A stretch of 59,500 bases of DNA, from contig DATIJQ010000024.1 in assembly GCA_035478375.1 (NCBI GenBank), forward strand, positions 1 through 59,500. Direction: 5' to 3'. The stretch is from Candidatus Saccharimonas sp. (lineage in GTDB: Bacteria; Patescibacteriota; Saccharimonadia; Saccharimonadales; EFPC-124). A program made the translations under genes and the position numbers. A model generated the notes under the pieces. It saw nothing but the letters and a program-made list of their open reading frames with translations. It was not told the DNA's origin and did not search any database. Shown in pieces: positions 1 through 9,067 of the stretch. Position 1 is the stretch's first letter. The number at the start of each line of letters is the position of its first letter.

Positions 1-929
1 GCACGCCGCCGCAATTTGACTTTGAACCAAAAAACCACTGGCAATTGGGCGAAGCTCACGATTTTATTGATAAAGAGCGCGCCGCCAAAGTCGCTGGTAG
101 CCGTTTTGCTTACCTAAAAGGCGGCTTAGTGCAGTTGCAAATTGCCTTGGTGCATTGGGCGCTCGATATTTTAACGAGCCAAGAAACGCTACAAAAAATC
201 ATCGGCACGAATAACTTACAACTGAGCGCCAAACCTTTCACGCCAGTTTTGCCGCCGGCTGTCATCCGCACCGATGTCTACGAAGCCACCGGCCGCTTAA
301 ACGCCGAAGAACAAACCTACAAATTGGCCGACGATGACCTGTGGTTAAACGCCAGCGCCGAACATAGCATGTGTCCGATGTATAAAGATGAGATTTTGCC
401 CGAAGCCGAGCTGCCAATCCGTTACGTCGCCTACGCAACCTCGTTCCGCCGCGAAGCCGGCACCTACGGCAAAGACATGGAGGGTATTTTTAGGCTGCAC
501 CAGTTCGACAAGTTAGAGATGGAAACGTTCAGCACAGCCGAAACCGGCCTCGAAGAGCATAAGTTAATGGTCGCTATCCAAGAATACATAATGCAGCAAT
601 TGCAGCTGCCATACCAAGTTATCCAAAAATGTACGTTTGATATTGGTGGCCCAAACGCTGCCGGCGTCGACATTGACGCTTGGCTGCCCGGTCAAAACAA
701 ATATCGCGAAACCCATACTGCAGACTACATGACCGACTACCAAGCCCGCCGCCTGCAAACTCGTACCCGCCGCCAAAATGGGGAAGTCGAATTAGTGCAC
801 ACCAACGACGCCACTGCGCTGTCTATGCGTCCACTCATCGCCATTTTAGAAAACTATCAAAACAAAGATGGCAGCATTACTGTGCCTGATGTTCTGCGCC
901 CATACCTTGGCAACAAAAGCACCTTATAG
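1..929 (+). CDS. serS: Seryl-tRNA synthetase, C-terminal catalytic part (5' end upstream of window)
   Basis: The frame is open from nt 3. The translation ...PKNHWQLGEAHDFIDKERAAKVAGSRFAYLKG... and the class-II motifs TSFRREAGTYGKD and FRLHQFDKLEMETF are typical of SerRS. Confidence 0.9.
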   Translation, partial: TPPQFDFEPKNHWQLGEAHDFIDKERAAKVAGSRFAYLKGGLVQLQIALVHWALDILTSQETLQKIIGTNNLQLSAKPFTPVLPPAVIRTDVYEATGRLNAEEQTYKLADDDLWLNASAEHSMCPMYKDEILPEAELPIRYVAYATSFRREAGTYGKDMEGIFRLHQFDKLEMETFSTAETGLEEHKLMVAIQEYIMQQLQLPYQVIQKCTFDIGGPNAAGVDIDAWLPGQNKYRETHTADYMTDYQARRLQTRTRRQNGEVELVHTNDATALSMRPLIAILENYQNKDGSITVPDVLRPYLGNKSTL

Positions 930-979
930 GTGTATAATAAAGCCAGAAATCCCACATTAACAGGGAGGAATTTTGACCC

Positions 980-1351
980 ATGATTACTCACATTGACACC
1001 GCCGGCATAAACTTTGAGCTTAGCGACGATATTAAAAAATACATCGTTAAAAAGCTTGGCCGGCTCGATAAATACATCCCACGTCACGCCCGCGAAAGCG
1101 TTCGGCTCGAAGTAAAATTACGCGAAACAAACAACCGACTTGGTAATAAATACGAATGCGAGGGCATTTTGCATTTGCCAAGCGCACCGCTGCAGGCAAA
1201 AGAATCGACCTTAAATATGTTCGCCGCCGTCGACATTGTCGAGGCTAAACTTAAGAATCAGCTGGTTAAGTATAAAAGCGCCCATATTATGCACTTGCGC
1301 GAAAAACATCCTGGCGTATTTGGCCGGATTAGAGTCCGTTTGATGCAGTAA
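980..1351 (+). CDS. hpf: Ribosome hibernation-promoting factor / RaiA-YfiA family (short form)
   Basis: 123 aa. The N-terminus MITHIDTAGINFELSDDIKKYIVKKLGRLDKY is typical of the HPF/sigma-54-modulation family. TATAAT at 933-938 and GGGAGG SD at 963-968 lie upstream. Confidence 0.8.
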   Translation: MITHIDTAGINFELSDDIKKYIVKKLGRLDKYIPRHARESVRLEVKLRETNNRLGNKYECEGILHLPSAPLQAKESTLNMFAAVDIVEAKLKNQLVKYKSAHIMHLREKHPGVFGRIRVRLMQ

Positions 1352-1420
1352 CTATTAGATTGCATTTGATACAAAACCTAAGTCGGTTTATATTTATTAC
1401 AGCCTACAATTGGAGGGGTA

Positions 1421-2311
1421 GTGCAGGAACTGTTGATGAATATCGACAGCCTATTGCGTGGCGGTCTGAGTGATGGTTGCGACCTGGCGCGTGACAATCG
1501 CGGCGTGGCAGTAGCGCTGGACAAATTGCGTGCCGATGGTTCGGCTGAGGCTCTCTCGAACATCGACATTGCTGTTGAACGGTTGATCCTCGACTACTTT
1601 GATGACATGCCGCAATTGGGCGTCATTGCCGAAGAAAAACTGAGCCGAGATTGTACGCCCATCGATGGTGTCGAGTGGCGACTGGTACTTGACCCGATCG
1701 ACGGCAGCAAATATTACCTGCGCGATGACGGCATGAACGTATGTATTATGGCGTCGTTGCTCCGTAACCGCACGGTTGTGGCGTCGTACGTAGTCAACAT
1801 CGCCACTAGGGAAGTTATTGGTTTTGGACCCAAACATCCAGATGTGTTTTTGTGGTACGACACCGACTTTGATCGGTCGCGCAATTTGTTGGAACAAACA
1901 TGGCCAACTGCGCTTGTCGATGCAAAGGTAATTATGCGCTACGAACCACTGGCGCATGGTGACACCTGGGCGCCGTTGCTGAGTAGTTGGCAACATGGCA
2001 GCGGACCATTTGATTCAGCCGCAATTCTTAGGGGGAGCATCGGCGGCAGTTTTACCCACATGTGGCGCGGCTTTGCGGCGGCACACACGCAGCGGGCACA
2101 ATCCTGGGCGCAGCCGTGGGATAACATTCCGGTCGATGCCATCAACCGCAAGCTCGGATTTGTGTGTGCGCGGTTTGACGAGGCGGGGCAGTTGGTGGAG
2201 TTCGAGCCGGAACTCACATTCACCGCACAGCGCCGCCCACAGTCATACATTGTCATCCGCCGCTCGCTGTTGCCTGAGTTGCGGCAAGTTGTTGCCTCCC
2301 GCCTAGCGTAG
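1421..2311 (+). CDS. Inositol-monophosphatase/FBPase-superfamily phosphatase (GC-rich island gene)
   Basis: GTG start 4 nt after GGAGG (1412-1416). Has the metal-binding IAEEK motif and the signature LVLDPIDGSKYY (DPxDG[ST]). Visibly GC-richer than the flanks, and a 181-aa antisense shadow ORF is present. Confidence 0.65.
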   Translation: MQELLMNIDSLLRGGLSDGCDLARDNRGVAVALDKLRADGSAEALSNIDIAVERLILDYFDDMPQLGVIAEEKLSRDCTPIDGVEWRLVLDPIDGSKYYLRDDGMNVCIMASLLRNRTVVASYVVNIATREVIGFGPKHPDVFLWYDTDFDRSRNLLEQTWPTALVDAKVIMRYEPLAHGDTWAPLLSSWQHGSGPFDSAAILRGSIGGSFTHMWRGFAAAHTQRAQSWAQPWDNIPVDAINRKLGFVCARFDEAGQLVEFEPELTFTAQRRPQSYIVIRRSLLPELRQVVASRLA

Positions 2312-2315
2312 GTAA

Positions 2316-2348
2316 GTGACGGCGCGACGATGTCGGTCGCGCCGTCAC
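2316..2348 (+). terminator. GC-rich 13-bp perfect hairpin after the IMPase-like gene (no adjacent U-tract)
   Basis: GTGACGGCGCGAC-gatgtcg-GTCGCGCCGTCAC. Confidence 0.4.
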
Positions 2349-2435
2349 GTACGCACCAGTATTTTATTTCTAGCCAAACCCCGCTATACTTAGATGACAG
2401 TCCTATACCGATTTCTAACTGATTTGGAGTTACGT

Positions 2436-5036
2436 ATGAAACAAATTCTGACTAAAATTTTTGGCGACCCTCAAAATAAGACCTTGCGCCGCTTGCGCAA
2501 AAAGGTCCGCCAAATTAATGCACTGGCCGACACATACAAAAAAATGAGCGATGCCCAGCTGCAAAAACAGACTGCCGCGTTAAAAAAACAGCTTAAAAGC
2601 GGTAAAACGCTTGACGATATTTTGCCCGATGCTTTTGCGTTGGTGCGCGAAGCCAGTAGCCGCGTGCTCAAAATGCGCCACTTTGATGTGCAGCTAATTG
2701 GTGGCATGGTCTTGCACGAAGGCGCAGTAGCCGAAATGAAAACGGGTGAAGGCAAAACCCTTGTCGCCACCCTACCAATGTACCTCAACGCGCTCGAAGG
2801 CAAAGGTGCGCATTTGGTCACCGTTAACGATTATTTGGTGCAACGCGACGCCGGCTGGATGGGTCAGTTGTATGATTTTTTGGGCCTCAGCGTCGGCGTG
2901 GTCATTGCTGATAAATCGTTTGTTTTTGACCGCGAGTTCGACAACAAAGAACACGACGACCCACGCATGCGCAAACTCAAACCCGCCACCCGCAAAGAAG
3001 CCTATCAAGCTGACATTACCTACGGCACCAACAACGAATTCGGCTTTGACTACTTGCGTGACAACATGGTTAACCAGGTTGAATTGCTACGCCAGCGCGA
3101 GCTCAACTACGCCATCGTCGACGAGGTCGACAGCATTTTAATCGACGAAGCCCGCACGCCGCTCATTATTAGCGCGCCAGCCAGCGATGGCGGTCAAAAC
3201 TACGTAACTTTTGCGGCAATCGCCAAAAAATTAGTCCCTGCTGATTATAATTTGGACGAAAAGCGTCGTGCCGTCAGCCTGACCGACGAAGGGGTAGAGA
3301 AGTCCGAAAAACTACTTGGCATCGCCAACTTTTACGCCCCCGAAAACGTCCGCGCCGTGTACCACATGGAGCAAGCCTTGCGCGCCCAAACTTTGTTTAA
3401 GCGCGACAAAGATTACGTAGTCACTAAAGACGGCGAAGTTATTATTGTGGACGAATTTACCGGCCGCTTAATGCATGGCCGCCGTTATAACGAAGGCCTG
3501 CACCAAGCAATCGAAGCCAAAGAAGGCGTGCCAGTCTTGCAAGAAAGCATGACGCTGGCCACTATTAGCTTCCAAAACTATTTCCGCCTGTACAAAAAGC
3601 TCAGCGGTATGACTGGTACGGCGTATACCGAAGCCGAAGAATTCCAGCAGATTTATGGGTTAGACGTTGTGCAAATTCCGGCCAACCGACCAGTGGTTCG
3701 TGACGACAAATCAGATATGATTTTTAAAACCGAGGCTGGCAAAATCCGCGCCCTGGTAGCGCAGGTTAAAGGATATCACGCCGAAGGTCGCCCCGTGTTA
3801 ATCGGTTCCGCCAGCATCGAAAAGAACGAAGAAATCAGCAAAGCGCTCACCAAAGCCGGCGTCCCTCACGAGTTGCTCAACGCCAAAAACAACGAACGCG
3901 AAGCCGCAATTGTTGCTAAAGCCGGCCAAAAAGGCGGCGTGACGCTCGCCACCAACATCGCTGGCCGCGGCACAGACATTGTACTGGGCGAAGGTGTAAA
4001 AGAGCTGGGCGGGTTAGTGGTTATTGGGTCAGAACGCCACGAATCGCGCCGCATTGACAACCAGCTGCGAGGCCGCGGCGGCCGCCAGGGCGACCCAGGT
4101 TTAACGCAATTTTACGTCAGCACCGAAGACGATCTTATGCGCATTTTCCAGGGTGAACGCATCCGTAGTCTTATGGATCGTTTGGGTGTCGACGAAGAAA
4201 CGCCAATCCAGAACCGCGCCGTCAGCAAGACACTCGAAAACGCTCAAAAAAAGGTCGAAGGCTACAACTTTGACGCTCGCAAAAACGTCGTGCAGTACGA
4301 CAACGTTATGAACCGTCACCGCAAAGCCGTGTACAGCATTCGCAAAAATATTTTGCACGGCGAGGATATCTCGGACCGCATTAAAGAGTTATTGGCCGAA
4401 GAAGTTGGCACGCTCACTGCCTTAAATGCCAAGCAAAATCCAAAAATGGCACAGGAGTTTGAGGCAATTATTCCGCTCGACGGCAAGACGTTAAAGCTCA
4501 TCGCCAAAGAAGAAAAAGACAAAGAGCGCACCAAGTTGGCGCTCGATGCCGCCAAAAAATTGTATGACAAGCGTGAAGAAGAACTCACGCCGGAGCTCAT
4601 GCGCAAAGTCGAACGCGACGTATACTTGCAGGTGCTTGATACTTTGTGGATGCAGCACTTAGAGAACATGCAACATTTGCGCGAGGGCATTCACTGGCGC
4701 AGCGTTGGTCAGCGCGACCCGTTGGTAGAATATCGCCAAGAGTCGCAGCGTGTCTTTGAGACCTTGCAAGCTACGTTGCGCGAAGAAGTCTTGCGCGCTA
4801 TTTACCACGTTACTAAAGGTGATGTTGCCCAAGCCGACGCCAAAAAAATGAACACAGAACTGACTCGCGCTGCCGAAAACGCCGTCGAAGCTGGCGTCAA
4901 CGAAGTCACTGATATCGAACGCAAAGCCGACTTTAAAGTAGAAACCCCATACGACGAAACCGTTAAAAAGAAAACCCACGACACTCTGCGCAAAAAACGC
5001 AAAAAAGAGCGCCAAAACCGCAAAAAAAAGAAGTAA
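2436..5036 (+). CDS. secA: Preprotein translocase ATPase SecA
   Basis: MKQILTKIFGDPQNKTLRRLRK is a canonical SecA N-terminus. Walker A is MKTGEGKTLVATLP and the DEAD-like box is DEVDSILIDEARTPLIIS. GGAG precedes ATG 2436, so the 2394 start in the track is probably an upstream extension. The C-terminus is a Lys-rich tail without a Cys/His zinc finger. Confidence 0.95.
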   Translation: MKQILTKIFGDPQNKTLRRLRKKVRQINALADTYKKMSDAQLQKQTAALKKQLKSGKTLDDILPDAFALVREASSRVLKMRHFDVQLIGGMVLHEGAVAEMKTGEGKTLVATLPMYLNALEGKGAHLVTVNDYLVQRDAGWMGQLYDFLGLSVGVVIADKSFVFDREFDNKEHDDPRMRKLKPATRKEAYQADITYGTNNEFGFDYLRDNMVNQVELLRQRELNYAIVDEVDSILIDEARTPLIISAPASDGGQNYVTFAAIAKKLVPADYNLDEKRRAVSLTDEGVEKSEKLLGIANFYAPENVRAVYHMEQALRAQTLFKRDKDYVVTKDGEVIIVDEFTGRLMHGRRYNEGLHQAIEAKEGVPVLQESMTLATISFQNYFRLYKKLSGMTGTAYTEAEEFQQIYGLDVVQIPANRPVVRDDKSDMIFKTEAGKIRALVAQVKGYHAEGRPVLIGSASIEKNEEISKALTKAGVPHELLNAKNNEREAAIVAKAGQKGGVTLATNIAGRGTDIVLGEGVKELGGLVVIGSERHESRRIDNQLRGRGGRQGDPGLTQFYVSTEDDLMRIFQGERIRSLMDRLGVDEETPIQNRAVSKTLENAQKKVEGYNFDARKNVVQYDNVMNRHRKAVYSIRKNILHGEDISDRIKELLAEEVGTLTALNAKQNPKMAQEFEAIIPLDGKTLKLIAKEEKDKERTKLALDAAKKLYDKREEELTPELMRKVERDVYLQVLDTLWMQHLENMQHLREGIHWRSVGQRDPLVEYRQESQRVFETLQATLREEVLRAIYHVTKGDVAQADAKKMNTELTRAAENAVEAGVNEVTDIERKADFKVETPYDETVKKKTHDTLRKKRKKERQNRKKKK

Positions 5037-5102
5037 TAATTTGCGGTTTTATTGCGTAGATCGTATTATGATATAGTTTGCCGCACGATCAGGAGGTACT
5101 AC

Positions 5103-5834
5103 GTGTTCATCACGCAGCCGCGCGATGTCAAAACGCTGAACGGCAACCAATTGCCGTTCCCGCTGAGCCAACGGCCCCGGCACCCAATGTTTTGGTCGTT
5201 GGGGGACAGTCTGGTGGGTGAGATAATCAGAGGCGAATCGTTCAGGCCAATGGCTGGATTGCCGTTTGAGCTGGGGGTGCCGCATTATCGCTTCAGCGCA
5301 GACGACATCTGGAAGCTCGTCAACGAATTCCCGTTGGATCAGCGCCTTTTGCGGCGCAACAGCTTACGTTACCGTACGGTATGGCAAGTCGAACGACTCG
5401 ACGCCGACGGGAGCAGCCGTGTCGTGAGAAGTGTTGGCAACGTCGCCGACATCACGCCCGACGAGGCATGGCGCTACAATCTGCACTCAATCCTCCGTCA
5501 GCTCACCTGCTTGCAGGTAACCGATCTCCTGGAACGCCACGGTGACATCATCAAGCGGCCAAGGTACTTGAGCACCGGTAACGACTGGCATTGGGAGGTG
5601 TTTGTGCGCGCTGTCATGATTTTGTCGCAGCGGACAGCCGAACCTGCAGATGTCCAAGTCAAGCAGGCCTTCGCAAAGGAGCTGTTGGACGCGCTCGCCG
5701 GCACGCTTTATTCTGGCATTGAGGCCACTGTCACCGCCGTGACAATGTACCTCCATGCTGATCAGCTGGCCAACGAGGTACAGGATCGTTGGCTGGAGCA
5801 GCTCATGGCGTCGTCTGCAACTGTGCAGCCCTGA
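5103..5834 (+). CDS. Hypothetical protein (GC-rich island orphan)
   Basis: GTG 5103 lies 6 nt after AGGAGG (5091-5096). The ORF is GC-rich and I recognise no motif. It is followed by a 14-bp GC hairpin at 5844-5883. Confidence 0.55.
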   Translation: MFITQPRDVKTLNGNQLPFPLSQRPRHPMFWSLGDSLVGEIIRGESFRPMAGLPFELGVPHYRFSADDIWKLVNEFPLDQRLLRRNSLRYRTVWQVERLDADGSSRVVRSVGNVADITPDEAWRYNLHSILRQLTCLQVTDLLERHGDIIKRPRYLSTGNDWHWEVFVRAVMILSQRTAEPADVQVKQAFAKELLDALAGTLYSGIEATVTAVTMYLHADQLANEVQDRWLEQLMASSATVQP

Positions 5835-5843
5835 TCGCGGTAC

Positions 5844-5883
5844 GATGCTTGGGCCGGTGGCACGTGCTGCCGGTCCAAGCATC
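5844..5883 (+). terminator. GC-rich 14-bp hairpin after the 5103-5834 orphan (no adjacent U-tract)
   Basis: GATGCTTGGGCCGG ... CCGGTCCAAGCATC, with one G-U pair. Confidence 0.4.
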
Positions 5884-5995
5884 GTTATGCACTATTGGAA
5901 TATTTTATGTATACTTTTTTGCGAAAATCCCCACGCGCCTGGCCAAAAGTGATACCATAAATAACAGACTTGTAGTAACCTAATGGAATCACCAC

Positions 5996-7282
5996 ATGAA
6001 GCATTCAGTAGAGGAAGTCGTCCTTGCAAACGGCAGCCGTGGCCTGCTTATTCACGTACCAAACGCAACCGTTGTCAGCTATGACTTCGAGTTTCGGGCC
6101 GGCTATGATTACGCCATAAACGACGACATTTACGAAACCCCACACATTATGGAGCACATGGTGCTTGGCGCCAATAAACAGTTCCCAAATGCCCGCCAAT
6201 TTAACGCCGAGCTCGAAAAAAACGGCGCCTACAGCAACGCCAGCACCAACACCGCTAGCCTAAAATACATCGCCGATTGCGCCGATTTTGAATGGGACCG
6301 TGTGTTAGAACTTTTGCGTTTGGCAATCACCGAACCACTGTTTTTGCAGAGCGAATATCAAGCTGAGTTCGGCAACGTTAAAGAAGAGCTGACCGGTTAT
6401 TTAAGCAGCAACTCACGTGTGCTCTGGCAGCGCATTGGCCAAGCCAGCGGTGAGCACTTTTTAAACGACGACGAACGATTAAAAATTATGTCTAACATCA
6501 AACTCAAAGATGTTAAAGAACATTACATGCGCACGCACACCAGCGATAACCTCCGTTTTATTATCGTCGGCAATTTAAAAGACGACCGTAAGCAAACAAT
6601 AACCAGCATGCTCGAAAAATGGAACCTGCCACGCGGCGAGCGTTTTGCCTTGCTGCGCGAAGAGCTCGTAGGTGCGGTTGACCCGATTCATGTGCTGCGC
6701 AAGGATGTCGAAAATGTCATTTTTGGCGTCAGCGCGCTGGCAAACTGGCGTATGCCTGACGAAGAAGCCGATGCCATGGCGGCACTCAACCATATGTTAA
6801 CAGGCACCTTGCACTCAACAATTTGGGGCCGCGCCCGCGAAAAAGGTCTAGCTTATGGTGTGTGGTCTGATTTTGTAGTCAGCGATTCAGCTAGCGAGTG
6901 GGAATTTGGTGGCCAAGTCAGCCTTAAAAACGCGCCAAAATTATTTGCGATTATTTCCGAAGAAGTCAATAAAGTGCTAAGTGGCCAAATCACGGCAGGT
7001 GACATTGCTGCTGCCAAGCAATTCGCGCTCGGCAAACACCAAATGGGCTGCCAAACCGTGGGCAGTATTGCCAGCTGGTACGCGCGTCGCTACTATTTTG
7101 ACGGCTACATCGACACGTATACTGACCGACCAAAAGCCATCGGCGCTGTCGATAAACCAACAATTGTTAAAGCGGCCAGCGATTTAATAGAGGGCAAACG
7201 CTGGGCCTTTGGTGGCCTTGGCAACTGTACTGCTGCGCAGCTTAAAGAACTGCAGCAAGTGCTTGGCGTAATGTTTGAGTAG
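5996..7282 (+). CDS. M16 (pitrilysin/insulinase) family zinc peptidase
   Basis: The inverted zinc motif HxxEH is present as TPHIMEHMVLG near the N-terminus. At 428 aa it has the two-domain M16 length. Confidence 0.8.
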   Translation: MKHSVEEVVLANGSRGLLIHVPNATVVSYDFEFRAGYDYAINDDIYETPHIMEHMVLGANKQFPNARQFNAELEKNGAYSNASTNTASLKYIADCADFEWDRVLELLRLAITEPLFLQSEYQAEFGNVKEELTGYLSSNSRVLWQRIGQASGEHFLNDDERLKIMSNIKLKDVKEHYMRTHTSDNLRFIIVGNLKDDRKQTITSMLEKWNLPRGERFALLREELVGAVDPIHVLRKDVENVIFGVSALANWRMPDEEADAMAALNHMLTGTLHSTIWGRAREKGLAYGVWSDFVVSDSASEWEFGGQVSLKNAPKLFAIISEEVNKVLSGQITAGDIAAAKQFALGKHQMGCQTVGSIASWYARRYYFDGYIDTYTDRPKAIGAVDKPTIVKAASDLIEGKRWAFGGLGNCTAAQLKELQQVLGVMFE

Positions 7283-7339
7283 GCGCAGGTGACTAGTGGT
7301 GGGCGCACGCGCGGCGTAACGCCCACCAACCGTTCTGTC

Positions 7340-7729
7340 CTAGAATTCTTCGCCTGGCAAGGGCGAGAAGGCGTGGGAGAGTTTGCGCATGTTCTCCACA
7401 AACTCTGCATCAGTACCTTCGTGCAGCATTTGCCTGAGCGTTTCCGATGAGTTGATGATTCTAACGGCCATGCTGCTTAGGATCAGCCGCTCGCCACGTT
7501 CCAACGCTTCGCGTGCGCCAGGGATAGTACCACCGCAATGGATTATATCCAATGCGGATTCGGCAAGCTTGCCAATCTCGCGCAGTTCTAGCGCCATGTC
7601 ATCGGCCCAGGCCAGGCAAGTACCTTTGATTTCTTCTGGCGTACCGCCCAAAAATGGATTATTTTGGTAACCATCAAGAACGTGCTTGATGGTGGCGAGG
7701 CGCGAGTTCTGCTGGGGCGTGCCACTCAT
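7340..7729 (-). CDS. Hypothetical protein (GC-rich island orphan)
   Basis: 129 aa. GGAGG (complement of 7736-7740) lies 6 nt upstream of the ATG. GC-rich, with no recognisable motif. Confidence 0.5.
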   Translation of the reverse strand: MSGTPQQNSRLATIKHVLDGYQNNPFLGGTPEEIKGTCLAWADDMALELREIGKLAESALDIIHCGGTIPGAREALERGERLILSSMAVRIINSSETLRQMLHEGTDAEFVENMRKLSHAFSPLPGEEF

Positions 7730-7777
7730 ATGGTGCCTCCGGTCGTCTGGCCTACTCAGTAACTATAGTAACAAAAC

Positions 7778-9067
7778 TTATTTTGGCACACTAACATTTT
7801 GTGCCGCAGCAACAAACGCTTCGCCACGTGCCACAAAGTCTTTAAATAAGTTAAAGCTTGGGCTGGCTGGGGAGAGCAGACAGATTTTGCCAGGTGTAGT
7901 GGCCGTGGCGGCCCAGTTTACTGCGTCGGTCATGTTTTTTGTTGCAAAAAATGTTTTGTGTGCGCCGAGCGCTTCGATACCGGCTTTAATTTTGTCGCCA
8001 GTAGTGGGGAAGATTATAATGTTTTGCACAGGTGATTTTGCCAAATACGCTGACAAACTGTTAAAATCGACACCGCGATCAAAGCCACCGACTAGCAATG
8101 TGTCGACATCGATGCCGAGCGCTTCGAGCGCGGCAATGGTGGCTTCGGGTGCAGTCGAAAACGAATCATTTACCCAAACAACACCACCGAATTTACCCAC
8201 ATATTCAAGGCGATGGGGGAGAGGGTCGGCGGTTTTAATGGCGTTAAGCGCTACGTCGCGCGGTACACCCAAAAACGTGGCGACAGCCAGCGCGGCGGCC
8301 ATGTTGCTGCGGTTGTGTTCACCTTTAAATTTGGTGTCCGCCATGTTTAGCGGAAAATCATCGGCCATAAACGCAAATTTTTGCCCAGCACTCAACTCAG
8401 CCAATTGTTTACATTGCGGGTAAAAAGCGTTGTAAAATACCGCGTCACTTGTTTTTTGGTAAGCGGCAATGCTTTTTTTGGCCGCCCAATAGGCTTCGAC
8501 TGAACCGTGCCGGTCTAAATGTTCGGGGAAGAAACTAGTAATAACCGCAACATTTGGACTAACTCGCAAATGTTCCAACATATAACTACTGAGCTCAACC
8601 ACAAAGGTAGCACCAGTTTTGGCGTGCGGCAAAAATGTAATCATAGGGATGCCAATGTTGCCCATTAAAAAGGTGTTGGGATCGTGTGCTTTAAGCGCTT
8701 CGTAAATTAGCGTGGTCGTTGTGCTTTTACCTTTGCTACCAGTAACACCGACAGTGCGCACGCCGGTATCGGCGATGCTATCAAAAAAGATGCGCGTCAT
8801 GTCGGTTGTTTTGCTAGCAACAGCATCGAGCTCGGGCGAGTTTTTAATGCCGGAGCTGCGAATAATCACATCAAAATTGTCTAGATCTTTGAGGTAATCG
8901 GAGCCGGTTTGCAACGCAACGCTGTCAATATGCAAGGTCGGGTCAGCGTCGGCAACAGTAATGCGTGCGTTGGGTGCGTGTTGTAGCAACGCTTCGTGCA
9001 TGGCCCGACCTTCGCGGCCGTAACCAATGAGGCAAATAGTTTTGCCGGTAAGTTCGGTAATTTTCAT
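7778..9067 (-). CDS. murD: UDP-N-acetylmuramoyl-L-alanine--glutamate ligase (MurD family; D- versus L-Glu specificity unresolved)
   Basis: N-terminal Rossmann motif KTICLIGYGREGRA, Mur-ligase P-loop VGVTGSKGKSTTTTLI, and C-terminal PHRLEYVGKFGGVVWVNDSFSTAPEAT. Overlaps the upstream PP-loop gene by 4 nt. Confidence 0.85.
   Translation of the reverse strand: MKITELTGKTICLIGYGREGRAMHEALLQHAPNARITVADADPTLHIDSVALQTGSDYLKDLDNFDVIIRSSGIKNSPELDAVASKTTDMTRIFFDSIADTGVRTVGVTGSKGKSTTTTLIYEALKAHDPNTFLMGNIGIPMITFLPHAKTGATFVVELSSYMLEHLRVSPNVAVITSFFPEHLDRHGSVEAYWAAKKSIAAYQKTSDAVFYNAFYPQCKQLAELSAGQKFAFMADDFPLNMADTKFKGEHNRSNMAAALAVATFLGVPRDVALNAIKTADPLPHRLEYVGKFGGVVWVNDSFSTAPEATIAALEALGIDVDTLLVGGFDRGVDFNSLSAYLAKSPVQNIIIFPTTGDKIKAGIEALGAHKTFFATKNMTDAVNWAATATTPGKICLLSPASPSFNLFKDFVARGEAFVAAAQNVSVPK

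Noticed and set aside
1451-1996. 181-aa minus-strand ORF
   Set aside because: It is antisense to the IMPase-like gene, which carries the recognisable DPIDGS motif.
7686-8423. 245-aa plus-strand ORF
   Set aside because: It is antisense to murD, whose Mur-ligase motifs are unambiguous. Its composition is Ala/Ser-rich and low in complexity.
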